From the NCBI RefSeq assembly GCF_046119375.1, contig NW_027362762.1, positions 474,300,001-474,364,000 of the forward strand: DNA of 64,000 nucleotides, in the 5' to 3' direction. The translations under genes and the position numbers were made by a program. Below the pieces are notes generated by a model, which saw only the letters and a program-made list of their open reading frames with translations, had not been told where the DNA came from and did no database searches. This DNA is from Phyllobates terribilis (lineage: Eukaryota). Positions 48,849-61,203 of the stretch are shown here, piece after piece. How positions within the stretch are numbered: position 1 is the stretch's first letter; every line of letters begins with the position of its first letter.

Positions 48849-51800
48849 TTACTCTCCCCAGGATGACACAGAGGTAGAAAAGTCGTTTCGGATCCATGAT
48901 TTGTTCATCTTTATGAACGTGAGTCTGTCTACATTATCAGTGGAGAGCCACGTGCGCTTATCTGTCAGCACACCACCAGCAGCGCTGAACACACGTTCAG
49001 ACAGAACGCTGGCTGCGGGGCTTGACAAGATCTCCAAGGCGTAAGTGGCGAGCTCCGGCCATTTATCTAGATTGGAAGCCCAAAAAGAGCAAGGGTCCAG
49101 TGACACAGTCATGGCTTCAATGTTTATTTGGAGATACTCCTGTACCATCGTCTCTAGGCGTTGACTATGTGTCAGACTTCTTGTCTCCTGTGGCCTTGCA
49201 AAGGATGGGCTAAAAAAGTGGTGAAATGATTCCGCAAAATTGATATTACCAGCAGATACTGTGTTTCTGTTACGTTTTGAGAGCTGAACACTCGATGGTC
49301 CCACGGTTGGCAAGTTGGAACTGTGAGATTCACTACATGCACCACTAGTGTTTTGGGGAAAAGCACATGTAAGATTCTGCAACAGTCTCTGCTGATACTC
49401 CTGCATGCGTGCATCTCTTTCTATGGCAGGAATAATTTCTGCAAATTTACTTTTGTACCGGGGATCTAACAGTTTGGCAACCCAGTAGTCAGGATTATTT
49501 CTAATTCTCACAATTCGAGGGTCATGTTGCAGGTAGTGCTGCAAGAAGGCACTCATGTGCCTTGCGCATCCAGGAGCACCAAGTCCCTGTTGTGTTGGTG
49601 GCGAGGTAACAATCATGCTTCCTTCCTCTGCCCTCTCCCCCCAACCTCGCACAACAGAAATGTGATCAAGGTCTCCCTCATCTGATAAGTCTTCCATCAG
49701 TTCGTCCTCCGCTTCTTCCTGGGCTACTGCACCTTCCTCACTAGTTTGGCTGCTACCATGCGCCCTGGTAAAACCATCTCCCCCACCATCACATGCCTGC
49801 CGCCTTGGTGCTGCCGACCGTCTGGACCTTGCAGATGTTAGCCCTTCCACATACAACTCCTCCTCCTCTACTTTCTCCACCTCCTCTTGTGCCACCACCT
49901 GACTCTGAATTCTGTTTAACATGTGCTCCACCATGTAAATCACCGGAATAGTCATGCTGATAATGGCATCGTCAGCACTAAACATCTTCGTCGCCATTTC
50001 AAAACTGTGCAGAAGGGTGCATAGGTCCCTGATCTGAGACCACTCCTCCAGAGTGAGTTGCCCTACCTCTGGATCTCGTTGGCCCAGGCTATACGTCAGA
50101 AAGTATTGCACCAGGGCTTGTCGGTGCTGCCACAGTCGCTGCAACATGTGCAGAGTTGAATTCCACCGGGTAGACACATCGCATTTTAGCCGGTGAAGTG
50201 GCAGGCCCAACGAATTCTGTAGAGATGTAAGTCGCTGAGCTGCGGGATGCGAAAGGCGGAAGTAAGCACACAGCGACCGTGCCCTCTGCAGAAGGCCATC
50301 TAGTCCGGGATAGTGGGCTAAAAATTGCTGGACAACCAGGTTCAACACGTGAGACATACAAGTCACGTGTGTGACATTGCCCCGGCGAAGGGCCGCACCC
50401 AGGTTTGCAGCATTGTCGCACACGGCCTTCCCTGGTTGCAGGTCCAGTGGAGACAACCATTCATGAAACTGGTTCTCCAGAGCTGACCACAACTTCTCAG
50501 CTGTGTGACTCACATTTCCCAGACATTTCAAAGTAAAATCCGCCTGATGACGTTGAGCCCTGCTGCCAGCATAGTAAGGAGGTGTGCAGGATCCCATCTG
50601 CGCAGTTAGAAAGCTTCTGGCATGACCAGACAGGCTTTGGGTGCAAGTGGAGAACCGAGAGGAGGTTGAGGAGGCAGAAGCAGTGGAGGAACTTTGAGAT
50701 AAAGAGGATTGACGCACAACTCGTGGGGACGGCAAGACTTGGACAGCAGCCCCTTGTCCTGCTGTCACCATAGTTACCCAGTGCCCAGTCAGCGACATGT
50801 AACGCCCCTGTCCATGCCTACTCGTCCAAGTGTCTGTGGTGAAATGCACCCTGTCTCACACAGAGTTTCTCAAAGAAGCGGTGATGTTGTGTGCGACATG
50901 CTGGTGGAGCGCAGGCACATCTTTCTTTGAGAAGTAGTGCCAACTGGGCATCTGGTACTGGGGCACTGCGACGGACATAAGGTCTCGAAAATCCTCTGTG
51001 TCCACCAGGCGGAAAGGAAGCATTTCTGTAGCCAAGAGCTTGCGATGGTGAAATTCAACCTCTTAGCTTTCTCATGGCTAGGAGGAAATGGTCTTTTACT
51101 TGTCCACATCTGAGGGACCGAGGGCTGGCTGTTGTGCTTAGACGGGGTTGAGAGGGGTGTCCCCGGCAAACTGCCGGTCTGTGAGGAAGATGCAGGCGGA
51201 CATGTTAGGTTGCCTTAATCCAAAGGTGATGCTATCGATGTCGGACAGCGCTGAACACCAGCTGGTGTTTCCACCTCGAAAGAAAATGATGACCTGCCAA
51301 TCACGCTGGCTGTTGCGGGTAAAGAGGTGGCAGGTGTGCGTCCCAAAACAGGTGTGACTGCTGTCCCCCCAGTCACAGAGGATGAAGAGGCCGCGGATGC
51401 ACAAGATGTGGTAGACGGTGGTTGGCCCGGCCGGCTAGGCCGCATTGTAGCACAGTGAGCTTCCCAAAGCAACTTATGCTTCATATCCATGTGCCGGTTC
51501 ATACATGAAGTACTCAAACTATGTATTTTTTGGCCTCTACTTAGCTTTTGCTGACAAATGTTACAGATAACACAAGTTGAGTCATATTTATCGATCTGAA
51601 AAAATGCCCAGGCTATGCAAGGCTTAGCACCCATGCGACCTGAAGAGCCACCACGACTTGTGGTCAGAGGCAGAGTTGTGTTTGAGGATGCAGTTGTTGA
51701 CGTGCTTCCAGTACTACGTCTCTGTCCAGGAAGGCGCAACCTGACCTCGTCGTCACTAGCATCCTCCTCCACCTCCTCTGCTGACCTCATCTCTTGGCTG

Positions 51801-52549
51801 ACTGTGGGTTGACAGTAAGTGGGATTTCCAACCTCGTCATCATCACCCTGTGTTTTATCACACCCGTAGTCCTCAGAGCCAACCTCTTCCTGCCCTGACA
51901 AAAAACTAAAGTTGTCGCTCCAATCAGGTATTTGAGTCTCATCATCATCTTCCTCATTGTCTCCACCAACAGGAGTTACAATTTGGGAACGAAGGTCTAC
52001 ATTATGGTCAGAACCTTCTGCGTCTGGTCCTGGATTCGACTCATAAAGATTCTGGGCATCAGTGCAGATCATTTCCTTGTCTGGATTCACAGAAGCTCTG
52101 GAGCCGACCTCTGATTCCCAGGCTATATTATGAGTAAACAGCTCTGCAGACTCAACCATCTGTTCTACCCCATACTCAGACGGGCAGCTGGAGACTTGGG
52201 AGCTGTGAGGAAGCAAGTGCGATTGGGGTGACACCTCTGAGGACTGGAGTATTTGTGATGTTGAAGTTGAGGTGGAGGAGAGCCCACTTGAAGGAGCACT
52301 TGATATCCGTTGAAGCACCTGCTGTTTTTGTGCCTCATCTGGAATTTGTAGCGATTGGCGTGGCCGTAAGAAAGGGATCTTATCACATTGTCCGCTAAAA
52401 GAAGTAGACATCTTAGTTTGGCTGGAAGATGGTCTTTCTTCTGCAGATGTTACTGTTGCTTTAACACCTACCCCACGGACACAACCTTTTTTTCCCTTCC
52501 CAACACGCCTATTCCCCTTTCCACCAGCAGCAGGCCTTTTTCCACTCAT
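48849..52549 (-). pseudogene. hAT transposase (~1233 aa) with one nonsense codon and one 1-bp deletion
   Basis: BED finger WAFF...CNIC...HMDMKH; catalytic TTDTW, CDNA and SERVFS; CMSH motif; C-terminal dimerisation domain. Versus copy 3 there is a CAA>TAA at 51217-51215 and a missing T near 51043. Confidence 0.95.
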
Positions 52550-52660
52550 TTTGGTGGTTAACTAATTCACAACTCTGGAGTTGTTTGCACCAAAAAACAA
52601 TGGATGGGAACCGAGCAAAGTTGAGTGGCCAAACTGTGGTATTAGCCCAAAAGTATTGGC

Positions 52661-55490
52661 TATATAGATGCATATAAAAATTATTTTGAATTTGCAACCT
52701 GCTGGAGGTTAGTATAGATGGATTAATAGAACAAGTCCCACACACTGCTACAAGCTGAAATAGTTTTTCAGAGCTAGATGCAGAAAAAAATTATATTGAA
52801 TTTGCAACCTGATGGAGGTTAGTATAGACTGGCTAATAGAACAAGTCCCACACACTGCTACAAGCCAAAATATTTTTTCAGAGCTAGATGCAGATGAAAA
52901 TTATATTGAATTTGCAACCTGATGGAGGTTAGTATAGATGGACTAATAGAACAAGTCCCACACACTGCTACAAGCCGAAATAGTTTTTCAGAGCTAGATG
53001 CAGAAAAAAATTATATTGAATTCGCAACCTGATGGAAGTTAGTATAGATGGACTAATAGAACAAGTCCCACACACTGCTACAAGCTGAAATAGTTTTTCA
53101 GAGCTAGATGCAGAAAAAATTATATTGAATTTGCCACCTGCTGGAGGTTAGTATAGATGGACTAATAGAACAAGTCCCACACACTGCTACAAGCCGAAAT
53201 AGTTTTTCAGAGCTAGATGCAGAAAAAAATTATATTGAATTTGCAACCTGAAGGAGGTTAGCATCGATGGACTATAAGAACAAGTCACACACACTGCTAG
53301 AAGCCGAAATAGTTTTTCAGAGCTAGATGCAGAAAAAAATTATATTGAATTTGCAACCTGATGGAGGTTAGTATAGATGGACTAATAGAACAAGTCCCAC
53401 ACACTGCTAGAAGCCGAAATAGCTTTTCAGAGCTAGATGCAGAAAAAATATATATTGAATTTGCAACCTGATGGAGGTTAGTATAGATGGACTAATAGAA
53501 CAAGTCCCACACACTGCTACAAGCCGAAATATTTTTTCAGAGCTAGATGCAGAAAAAAATTAGATTGAATTTGCAACCTGGTGGAGGTTAGTATAGATGG
53601 ACTAATAGAACAAGTCCCACACACTGCTACAAGCCGAAATATTTTTTCAGAGCTAGATGCAGAAAAAAATTATATTGAATTTGCAACCTGATGGAGGTTA
53701 GTATAGATGGACTAATAGAACAAGTCCCACACACTGCTACAAGCCGAAGCCAAATATTTTTTCAGAGCTAGATGCAGATAAAAATTATTTTGAATTTGCA
53801 ACCTGCTGGAGGTTAGTATAGATGAACTAATAGAACAAGTCCCACACACTGCAACAAGCCGAAATAGTTTTTCAGAGCTAGATGCAGAAAAAAATTATTT
53901 TGAATTTGCAAACTGCTGGAGGTTAGTATAGATGGACTAATAGAACAAGTCCCACACACTGCTAGAAGCCGAAATATTTTTTCAGAGCTAGATGCAGAAA
54001 AAAATTATATTGAATTTGCAACCTGATGGAGGTTAGTATAGATGGACTAATAGAACAAGTCCCACACACTGCTAGAAGCCGAAATATTTTTTCAGAGCTA
54101 GATGCAGAAAAAAATTAGATTGAATTTGCAACCTGGTGCAGTTTAGTATAGATGGACTAATAGAACAAGTCCCACACACTGCTACAAGCCGAAATATTTT
54201 TTCAGAGCTAGATGCAGAAAAAAATTATATTGAATTTGCAACCTGGTGGAGGTTAGTATAGATGGACTAATAGAACAAGTCCCACACACTGCTAGAAGCC
54301 GAAATAGTTTTTCAGAGCTAGATGCAGAAAAAAATTATATTGAATTTGCAACCTGATGGAGGTTAGTATAGATGTGCTAATAGAACAAGTCCCACACACT
54401 GCTAGAAGCCGAAATAGTTTTTCAGAGCTAGATGCAGAAAAAAATTATATTGAATTTGCAACCTGATGGAGGTTAGTATGGATTGACTAATAGAACAAGT
54501 CCCACACACTGCTACAAGCCAAAATATTTTTTTAGAGCTAGATGCAGAAAAAAATTAGATTGAATTTGCAACCTCGTGGACGTTAGTATAGATGGACTAA
54601 TAGAACAAGTCCCACACACTGCTACAAGCCGAAATATTTTTTCAGAGCTAGATGCAGAGAAAAATTATATTGAATTTGCAACCTGGTGGAAGTTTGTATA
54701 GATGGACTAATAGAACAAGTCCCACACACTGCTACAAGCCGAAGCCCAAATATTTTTTCAGAGCTAGATGCAGATAAAAATTATTTTGAATTTGCAACCT
54801 GCTGGAGGTTAGTAAAGATGGACTAAAAGAACAAGTCCCACACACTGCTAGAAGCCGAAATAATTTTTCAGAGCTAGATGCAGAAAAAAATTATATTGAA
54901 TTTGCAACCTGATGGAGGTTAGTATAGATGAACTAATAGAACAAGTCCCACACACTGCTAGAAGCCGAAATAGTTTTTCAGAGCTAGATGCAGAAAAAAA
55001 TTATATTGAATTTGCAACCTGCTGGAGGTTAGTATAGATGGACTAATAGAACAAGTCCCACACACTGCTAGAAGCCAGAATATTTTTTCAGAGCTAGATG
55101 CAGAAAAAATTATATTGAATTTGCAACCTGATGGAGGTTACTATAGATGGAATAATAGAACAAGTCCCACACACTGCTAGAAGCCGAAATATTTTTTCAG
55201 AGCTAGATGCAGAAAAAAACTATATTGAATTTGCAACCTGATGGAGGTTAGTATAGATGGACTAATAGAACAAGTCCCACACACTGCTAGAAGCCGAAAT
55301 AGTTTTTCAGAGCTAGATGCAGAAAAAAATTATATTGAATTTGCAACCTGATGGAGGTTAGTATAGATGGACTAATAGAACAAGTCCCACACACTGCTAG
55401 AAGCCGAAATATTTTATCAGAGCTAGATGCAGAAAAAAATTATATTGAATTTGCAACCTGATGGAGGTTAGTATAGATGGACTAATAGAA
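52661..55490. repeat. Tandem array of 109-110 bp units (about 26) in hAT copy 2
   Basis: Directly visible. Begins ~115 bp upstream of the transposase ATG. Confidence 0.97.
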
Positions 55491-55687
55491 TGATGCTATG
55501 CCCAAAAGGTTTTACTTCACTAGGTGCAGTAAAAAAAATTGTATTCTATACACAGGTGGTGTAGCTTGCAACACAGATAGGCTTCTCTACTGACTAACAC
55601 ACACTGCAAGAGGACAAAAAGGATTAGCTTTGCTAGATTTAGCCAAATGCTGTGAAAAAAACTTGCACAGCACTGGCACAGACCTGC

Positions 55688-58454
55688 TGTTATGATCTGC
55701 TACAAGCACTAAGGAAAGACAGGAGATCTGTCCCTACAATAGAACTAAGCTAGATCCCTACGATGTAACGGGGAACCTGATCCTGCGATCAGACCCGCCA
55801 AAGTCCTCAGCTAGTCTGAACGAAGACCTATAGATGTGAGGGAGGGATCCCTACAAGAACTAGGGACTGGAAGAAAGATGGACACCTCCTAGCAGAAGTT
55901 GTAGCAGTAAAAAGACAAACAAACAACATAGAACATAGAGGTCAAAAGACCTAGCTAAACTGACTGAGAAAGGTAACAAAGCACCTGGCTAGCTTAAGAG
56001 TAGAAATTACAATGAAGTCCAGCAAGGCCAGAAGGGCAGAGCAGGATTAAATAGGCAAAAACGGTCATGTGACCAGCATAATAGAAAAAACCTAACAGGA
56101 GAGTTCTAACAGTACCCCCTCTTCTATGAGGATCCTCCGGATCCCCTAGGCACAGGCTTATCAGGAAACCTCTTGTGAAATGCTCTGACAAGTCTGGAAG
56201 CAGAAACATCATCTGCCCTCACCCTTGAGTTATCCTTTGGACCGAAACCTTTCCAAGCGACGAGATACTGCAAACTCCCTCTATACCGTCTAGAATTAAG
56301 GATGCGGGAAATTTCATATTCCCCGTCCTCCACCACCGGAGGAACAGTGGCAGTGGCGTCTCTATCTGATACATAAGCTTTTTTCAATAGAGAAACATGA
56401 AAAACCGGATTAATCTTCCAGGAGGTAGGAACCTCCAACCTAACAGCAGATTGGTTAACTATCTGAAGCACCTTAAAGGGCCCTACAAACTTGGGACCCA
56501 ATTTTTTAGACGGAATCCTCAAACGCAGATTCTTAGAGGACAACCAAACCATGTCACCAACCGTAAACAAAACCTCTTGACGTTTCCTGTCAAAGTACCT
56601 TTTAGATTTTTTGTTAGCCTCCTGAAGATTACCACGCACATCCGTCCAAACTCTTTCCAAATCACCGGAAAAACTCTCCTCCTCAGGCACAGCTGATACC
56701 AAGTTGGAGAATGACCCAAAAGACGGATGTCTCCCAGAACAACAAAAAAAAAGGCGAACACCCAGCAGAAGAGGATGTATGGTTGTTAAGAGCAAATTCA
56801 GCAAGCGGCAGAAACTCAGACCACCCCTCTTGATTGTCTGCCACAAAACAACGCAAGAACTGCTCAATATCCTGGTTCTTCCTTTCTGTCTGGCCATTAG
56901 ACTCAGGATGATATCCAGATGAAAATGACAAATGAACTCCCAACCTGTCACAAAAGGCACGCCAAAAACGAGCCACGAACTGAGGTCCCCTATCAGAAAC
57001 AATGTCAGTAGGAACACCATGGAGTCTGACAATCTCCTTCACAAAGGCCTTAGCGAGTGTCTTAGCGCAGGGCAGTTTGATGAAGGGAACCAAGTGACAC
57101 ATTTTGCTAAAACGGTCCATGACCACCCAGATGACCGTGAAACCCTCAGAGGGGGGAAGGTCAGTAATAAAGTCCATAGCCAGATGTGTCCAAGGTGCAC
57201 TAGGAACCTCCAGAGGGCAAAGCAACCCCGCAGCAGGAGTATGAGAAGACTTAGATCTAGCACACACAGTACATTGACGCACCCACTTAATGACCTCCTT
57301 CTGCCATCCAGGCCACCAAAAACTGTGACCCACAAGTCTCTTGGTCTCAGAAAGGATGACCTGCCAACCGAGACTCAGGACACTCAACAAACAAATCTCT
57401 CCTAAAGGTCCTAGGCACAAACAACCTCCCATGGGGAGTGTTAGATTGGGCATTCTCCTGTGCTTTAAGAATCTCATCTTCCAAAACGGAGTCCAATGCA
57501 GCAATCACAACACTTTCTTGTAAAATGCTCTCCTCCTCCTCCTCAGCACCGACCATGGGAGAAAAGCTGCGAGACAAAGCATCAGCTTTAACATTCTTGG
57601 TACCCGGGATGTAAGTAAGGGAAAAATTAAACCGCGAAAAAAAAAGTGCCCACCTAGCCTGACGGGCATTCAAGCGCTTGGCAGCATCAAGATAGATCAG
57701 ATTTTTATTATCAGTGCAAACCTGAATGGGAAAATCAGCACCTTCTAAGAGATGACGCCAGTGTTCAAATGCGAGTTTAATAGCCAGCAATTCCCGATTA
57801 CCAATATCGTAATTAAGTTCAGTCTCAGAAAAATTTTTTGAAAAAAAAGCACAGGGATGTACTCCATCCTTGTTTTCCTGAGACAACACCGCACCGACCC
57901 CCACAGAAGAAGAATCAACTTCAACCAAAAACGGCTTAGTCACATCAGGCTGTATAAAGATGGGGGCAGAGCTGAACCTCTCCTTTAGAAACACAAAAGC
58001 TTCAATGGCCTCAGTAGTCCACTGAACCGTATTAGAACCTTTCCTGGTGAGATTGGTCAGTGGTTTAACAATAATAGAAACATTTTTAATGAATTTTCTG
58101 TAATAATTGGCGAAACCCAAAAACCTCTGTATCGATTTCAAACCAATAGGCCTAGGCCATTCCTGCACAGCTTGAACTTTCACCGGGTCCATCTCATAGT
58201 CCTCGCTGGAGATAATGTAGCCCAAAAAACTAATTCTCTGTACAGCGAACTCACATTTCTCCAGCTTAGCAAAAAGCGAATTGCCAATCAACAACTGCAA
58301 TACCTCATGTACGCTCCGCCAATGAGACTCCAGGTCAGGCGAATAAATCAAAATGTCATCCAAATACACAACCACATTTTTGCCCATCAAAGGTCTAAGG
58401 ATGTCATTAATAAGATTCTGAAAAAATGCTGGTGCATTGGTAAGACCAAAAGGC
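55688..58454 (-). mobile_element. Second Gypsy chromovirus-type element (3' half: RT, RNase H, integrase, chromodomain, PPT, 3' LTR 55688-56111)
   Basis: VYLDDILIYS; VDSSSVGVGAVL; DFITDLP, DRFSK, SDRGPQF, GQTER; EYEISRILNSR...YLVAWKGFG. PPT AGAAGAGGGGGTAC precedes TGTTAGAAC on the minus strand. The RT breaks off at PFGLTNAP. Confidence 0.95.
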
Positions 58455-59370
58455 TAGAGATGAGCGTTGTTCTACTCGAACTGTTCGCCAATCTCAAATT
58501 CGAGCTGTTTTGGGCGGTGTTCGAGCCGGTCGGCGAACACGAACAATTTGAGAAAAATTCGGCTGTTCGAGGTTATGTTCGATAACTGTTCGTGCACCAA
58601 AATCATAACTGGATTTTTTCTCAGTAATGATGAAAATTAATGTTAATACGCAGTTTGAGTGTACAGCGGGGCGGGGGGAGGGGCAGGGGATGGATCTCTG
58701 CAGGAACAATGAAGATCTCCATTTTTTTTTCTCTTTCCCGCATTTGCAGTGGGGAGGTGCAATCTGTCAGCCTATCAGCAGCGCACACACGGAGCGAAGT
58801 GCTTTTTTTCACACAAGCAAGGGCAAGTGTGATTGGCAGTGTATGTCACATGTCCTTGCCCTATAAGACCAAGCCATTTTCCCCGTCGCCACCATTTTCT
58901 CACTGCTGCAGCTGCGTGTTAGACGGCACCGCTGTTGCTGTGTGCGCTATACCTTGTTAATTTCAAGCCAATTTTCGCACAAATATACAGATAGCTTGGG
59001 AGTAGGGAATAGTTGTGATTGCAGTCCTTTTAAGGACTAGGTTACAGCATTTCCTACGACTTTTATCAGGCAGGTCTGTGCTCTTAAATAGATAGATTGT
59101 GGGAGTAAAGACTAATTGTAATTGGAGTCCTTTTCAGGACTAGGTTACATCAGTTCCTATCAGTTTTTGCCAGGCAGGTCTGTGCCAGTGCTGTGCAAGT
59201 TTTTTTCACAGCATTTGGCTGAATCTAGCAAAGCTAATCCTTTTTGGCCTATTGCAGAGTGTGTTAGTCAGTGGAGTAGCCTATCTGTGTTGCAAGATAT
59301 ACCACCTGTGTATAGAATACCAATTTTTTTACTGCACCTAGTGAAGTAAAATCTTTTGGGCATAGCATCA

Positions 59371-61087
59371 TTCTATTAGTCCATCTATACTGACCTCCAT
59401 CAGGTTGCAAACTGAATATAATTTTTTTCTGCATCTAGCTCTGAAAAAATATTTGGGCTTCTAGCAGTGTGTGGGACTTGGTCTATTAGTCCATCTATAC
59501 TGACCTCCATCAGGTTGCAAATTAAAAATAATTTTTTTCTTCATTTAGCTCTGAAAAAATATTTGGGCTTCTAGCAGTGTGTGGGACTTGTTCTATTAGT
59601 CCTTCTATACTGACCTCCAGCAGGTTGCAAATTGAATATAATTTTTTTCTGCATCTAGCTCTGAAAAAATATTTGGGCTTCTAGCGGTGTGTGGGACTTG
59701 GTCTATTAGTCCATCTATACTGACCTCCATCAGGTTGCAAATTAAAAATATTTTTTTTCTGCATCTAGCTCTGAAAAAATATTTGGGCTTCTAGCAGTGT
59801 GTGGGACTTGGTCTATTAGTCCATCTATACTGACCTCCATCAGGTTGCAAATTAAAAATAATTTTTTTCTTCATTTATCTCTGAAAAAATATTTGGGCTT
59901 CTAGCAGCGTGTGGGACTTGTTCTATTAGTCCATCTATACTGACCTCCATCAGGTTGCAAATTAAAAATAATTTTTTTCTGCATCTAGCTCTGAAAAAAT
60001 ATTTGGGCTTCTAGCAGTGTGTGGGACTTGGTCTATTAGTCCATCTATACTGACCTCCATCAGGTTGCAAATTAAAAATAATTTTTTTCTGCATCTAGCT
60101 CTGAAAAAATATTTGGGCTTCTAGCAGTGTGTGGGACTTGGTCTATTAGTCCATCTATACTGACCTCCATCAGGTTGCAAATTGAATAAAAAAAATTTCT
60201 GCATCTAGCTCTGAAAAAATATTTGGGCTTCTAGCGGTGTGTGGGACTTGGTCTATTAGTCCATCTATACTGACCTCCATCAGGTTGCAAATTAAAAATA
60301 ATTTTTTTCTGCATCTAGCTCTGAAAAAATATTTGGGCTTCTAGCAGTGTGTGGGACTTGGTCTATTAGTCCATCTATACTGACCTCCATCAGGTTGCAA
60401 ATTAAAAATAATTTTTTTCTTCATTTAGCTCTGAAAAAATATTTGGGCTTCTAGCAGTGTGTGGGACTTGTTCTATTAGTCCTTCTATACTGACGTCCAG
60501 CAGGTTGCAAATTGAATATAATTTTTTTCTGCATCTAGCTCTGAAAAAATATTTGGGCTTCTAGCGGTGTGTGGGACTTGGTCTATTAGTCCATCTATAC
60601 TGACCTCCATCAGGTTGCAAATTAAAAATAATTTTTTTCTGCATCTAGCTCTGAAAAAATATTTGGGCTTCTAGCAGTGTGTGGGACTTGGTCTATTAGT
60701 CCATCTATACTGACCTCCATCAGGTTGCAAATTAAAAATAATTTTTTTCTGCATCTAGCTCTGAAAAAATATTTGGGCTTCTAGCAGTGTGTGGGACTTG
60801 GTCTATTAGTCCATCTATACTGACCTCCATCAGGTTGCAAATTAAAAATAATTTTTTTCTTCATTTAGCTCTGAAAAAATATTTGGGCTTCTAGCAGTGT
60901 GTGGGACTTGTTCTATTAGTCCTTCTATACTGACCTCCAGCAGGTTGCAAATTGAATATAATTTTTTTCTGCATCTAGCTCTGAAAAAATATTTGGGCTT
61001 CTAGCGGTGTGTGGGACTTGGTCTATTAGTCCATCTATACTGACCTCCATCAGGTTGCAAATTAAAAATAATTTTTTTCTGCATCTA
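59371..61087. repeat. Tandem array of 110-bp units (about 15.6) in hAT copy 3
   Basis: ATTTGGGCTT recurs at exactly 110-bp spacing from 59451 to 60991. Confidence 0.97.
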
Positions 61088-61203
61088 ACCCAGCCAATAG
61101 TTTTGGCCTAATACCACAGTTTGGCCACTCAGCTCTGCTCGGTTACCATCCATTGTTTTTTTGTGCAAACAACTCCAGAGTTGTGAATTAGTTAACCACC
61201 AAA

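Larger units (their letters stand above)
48424..55687 (-). mobile_element. hAT copy 2 (3' array, transposase, 5' array, part of 5' subterminal region), cut at 55687 by a Gypsy LTR
   Basis: Colinear, reverse-complemented, with 59170-64000. The subterminal sequence CACAGACCTGC continues as CTGGC in copy 1 but as TGTTATGA here. Confidence 0.93.

Noticed and set aside
50089-51812. Antisense and alternate-frame ORFs over the transposase, also seen at 61618-63644
   Set aside because: Shadow ORFs of a GC-rich coding region; their recurrence follows from the copies' similarity.
59371-61087. Splice-acceptor-like TTTTTTTCTGCATCTAG with upstream TACTGAC in each unit
   Set aside because: The AG is lost in the dominant copy-1 variant (CATCTAC), an earlier AG follows the branch-like motif, and I found no convincing upstream donor.
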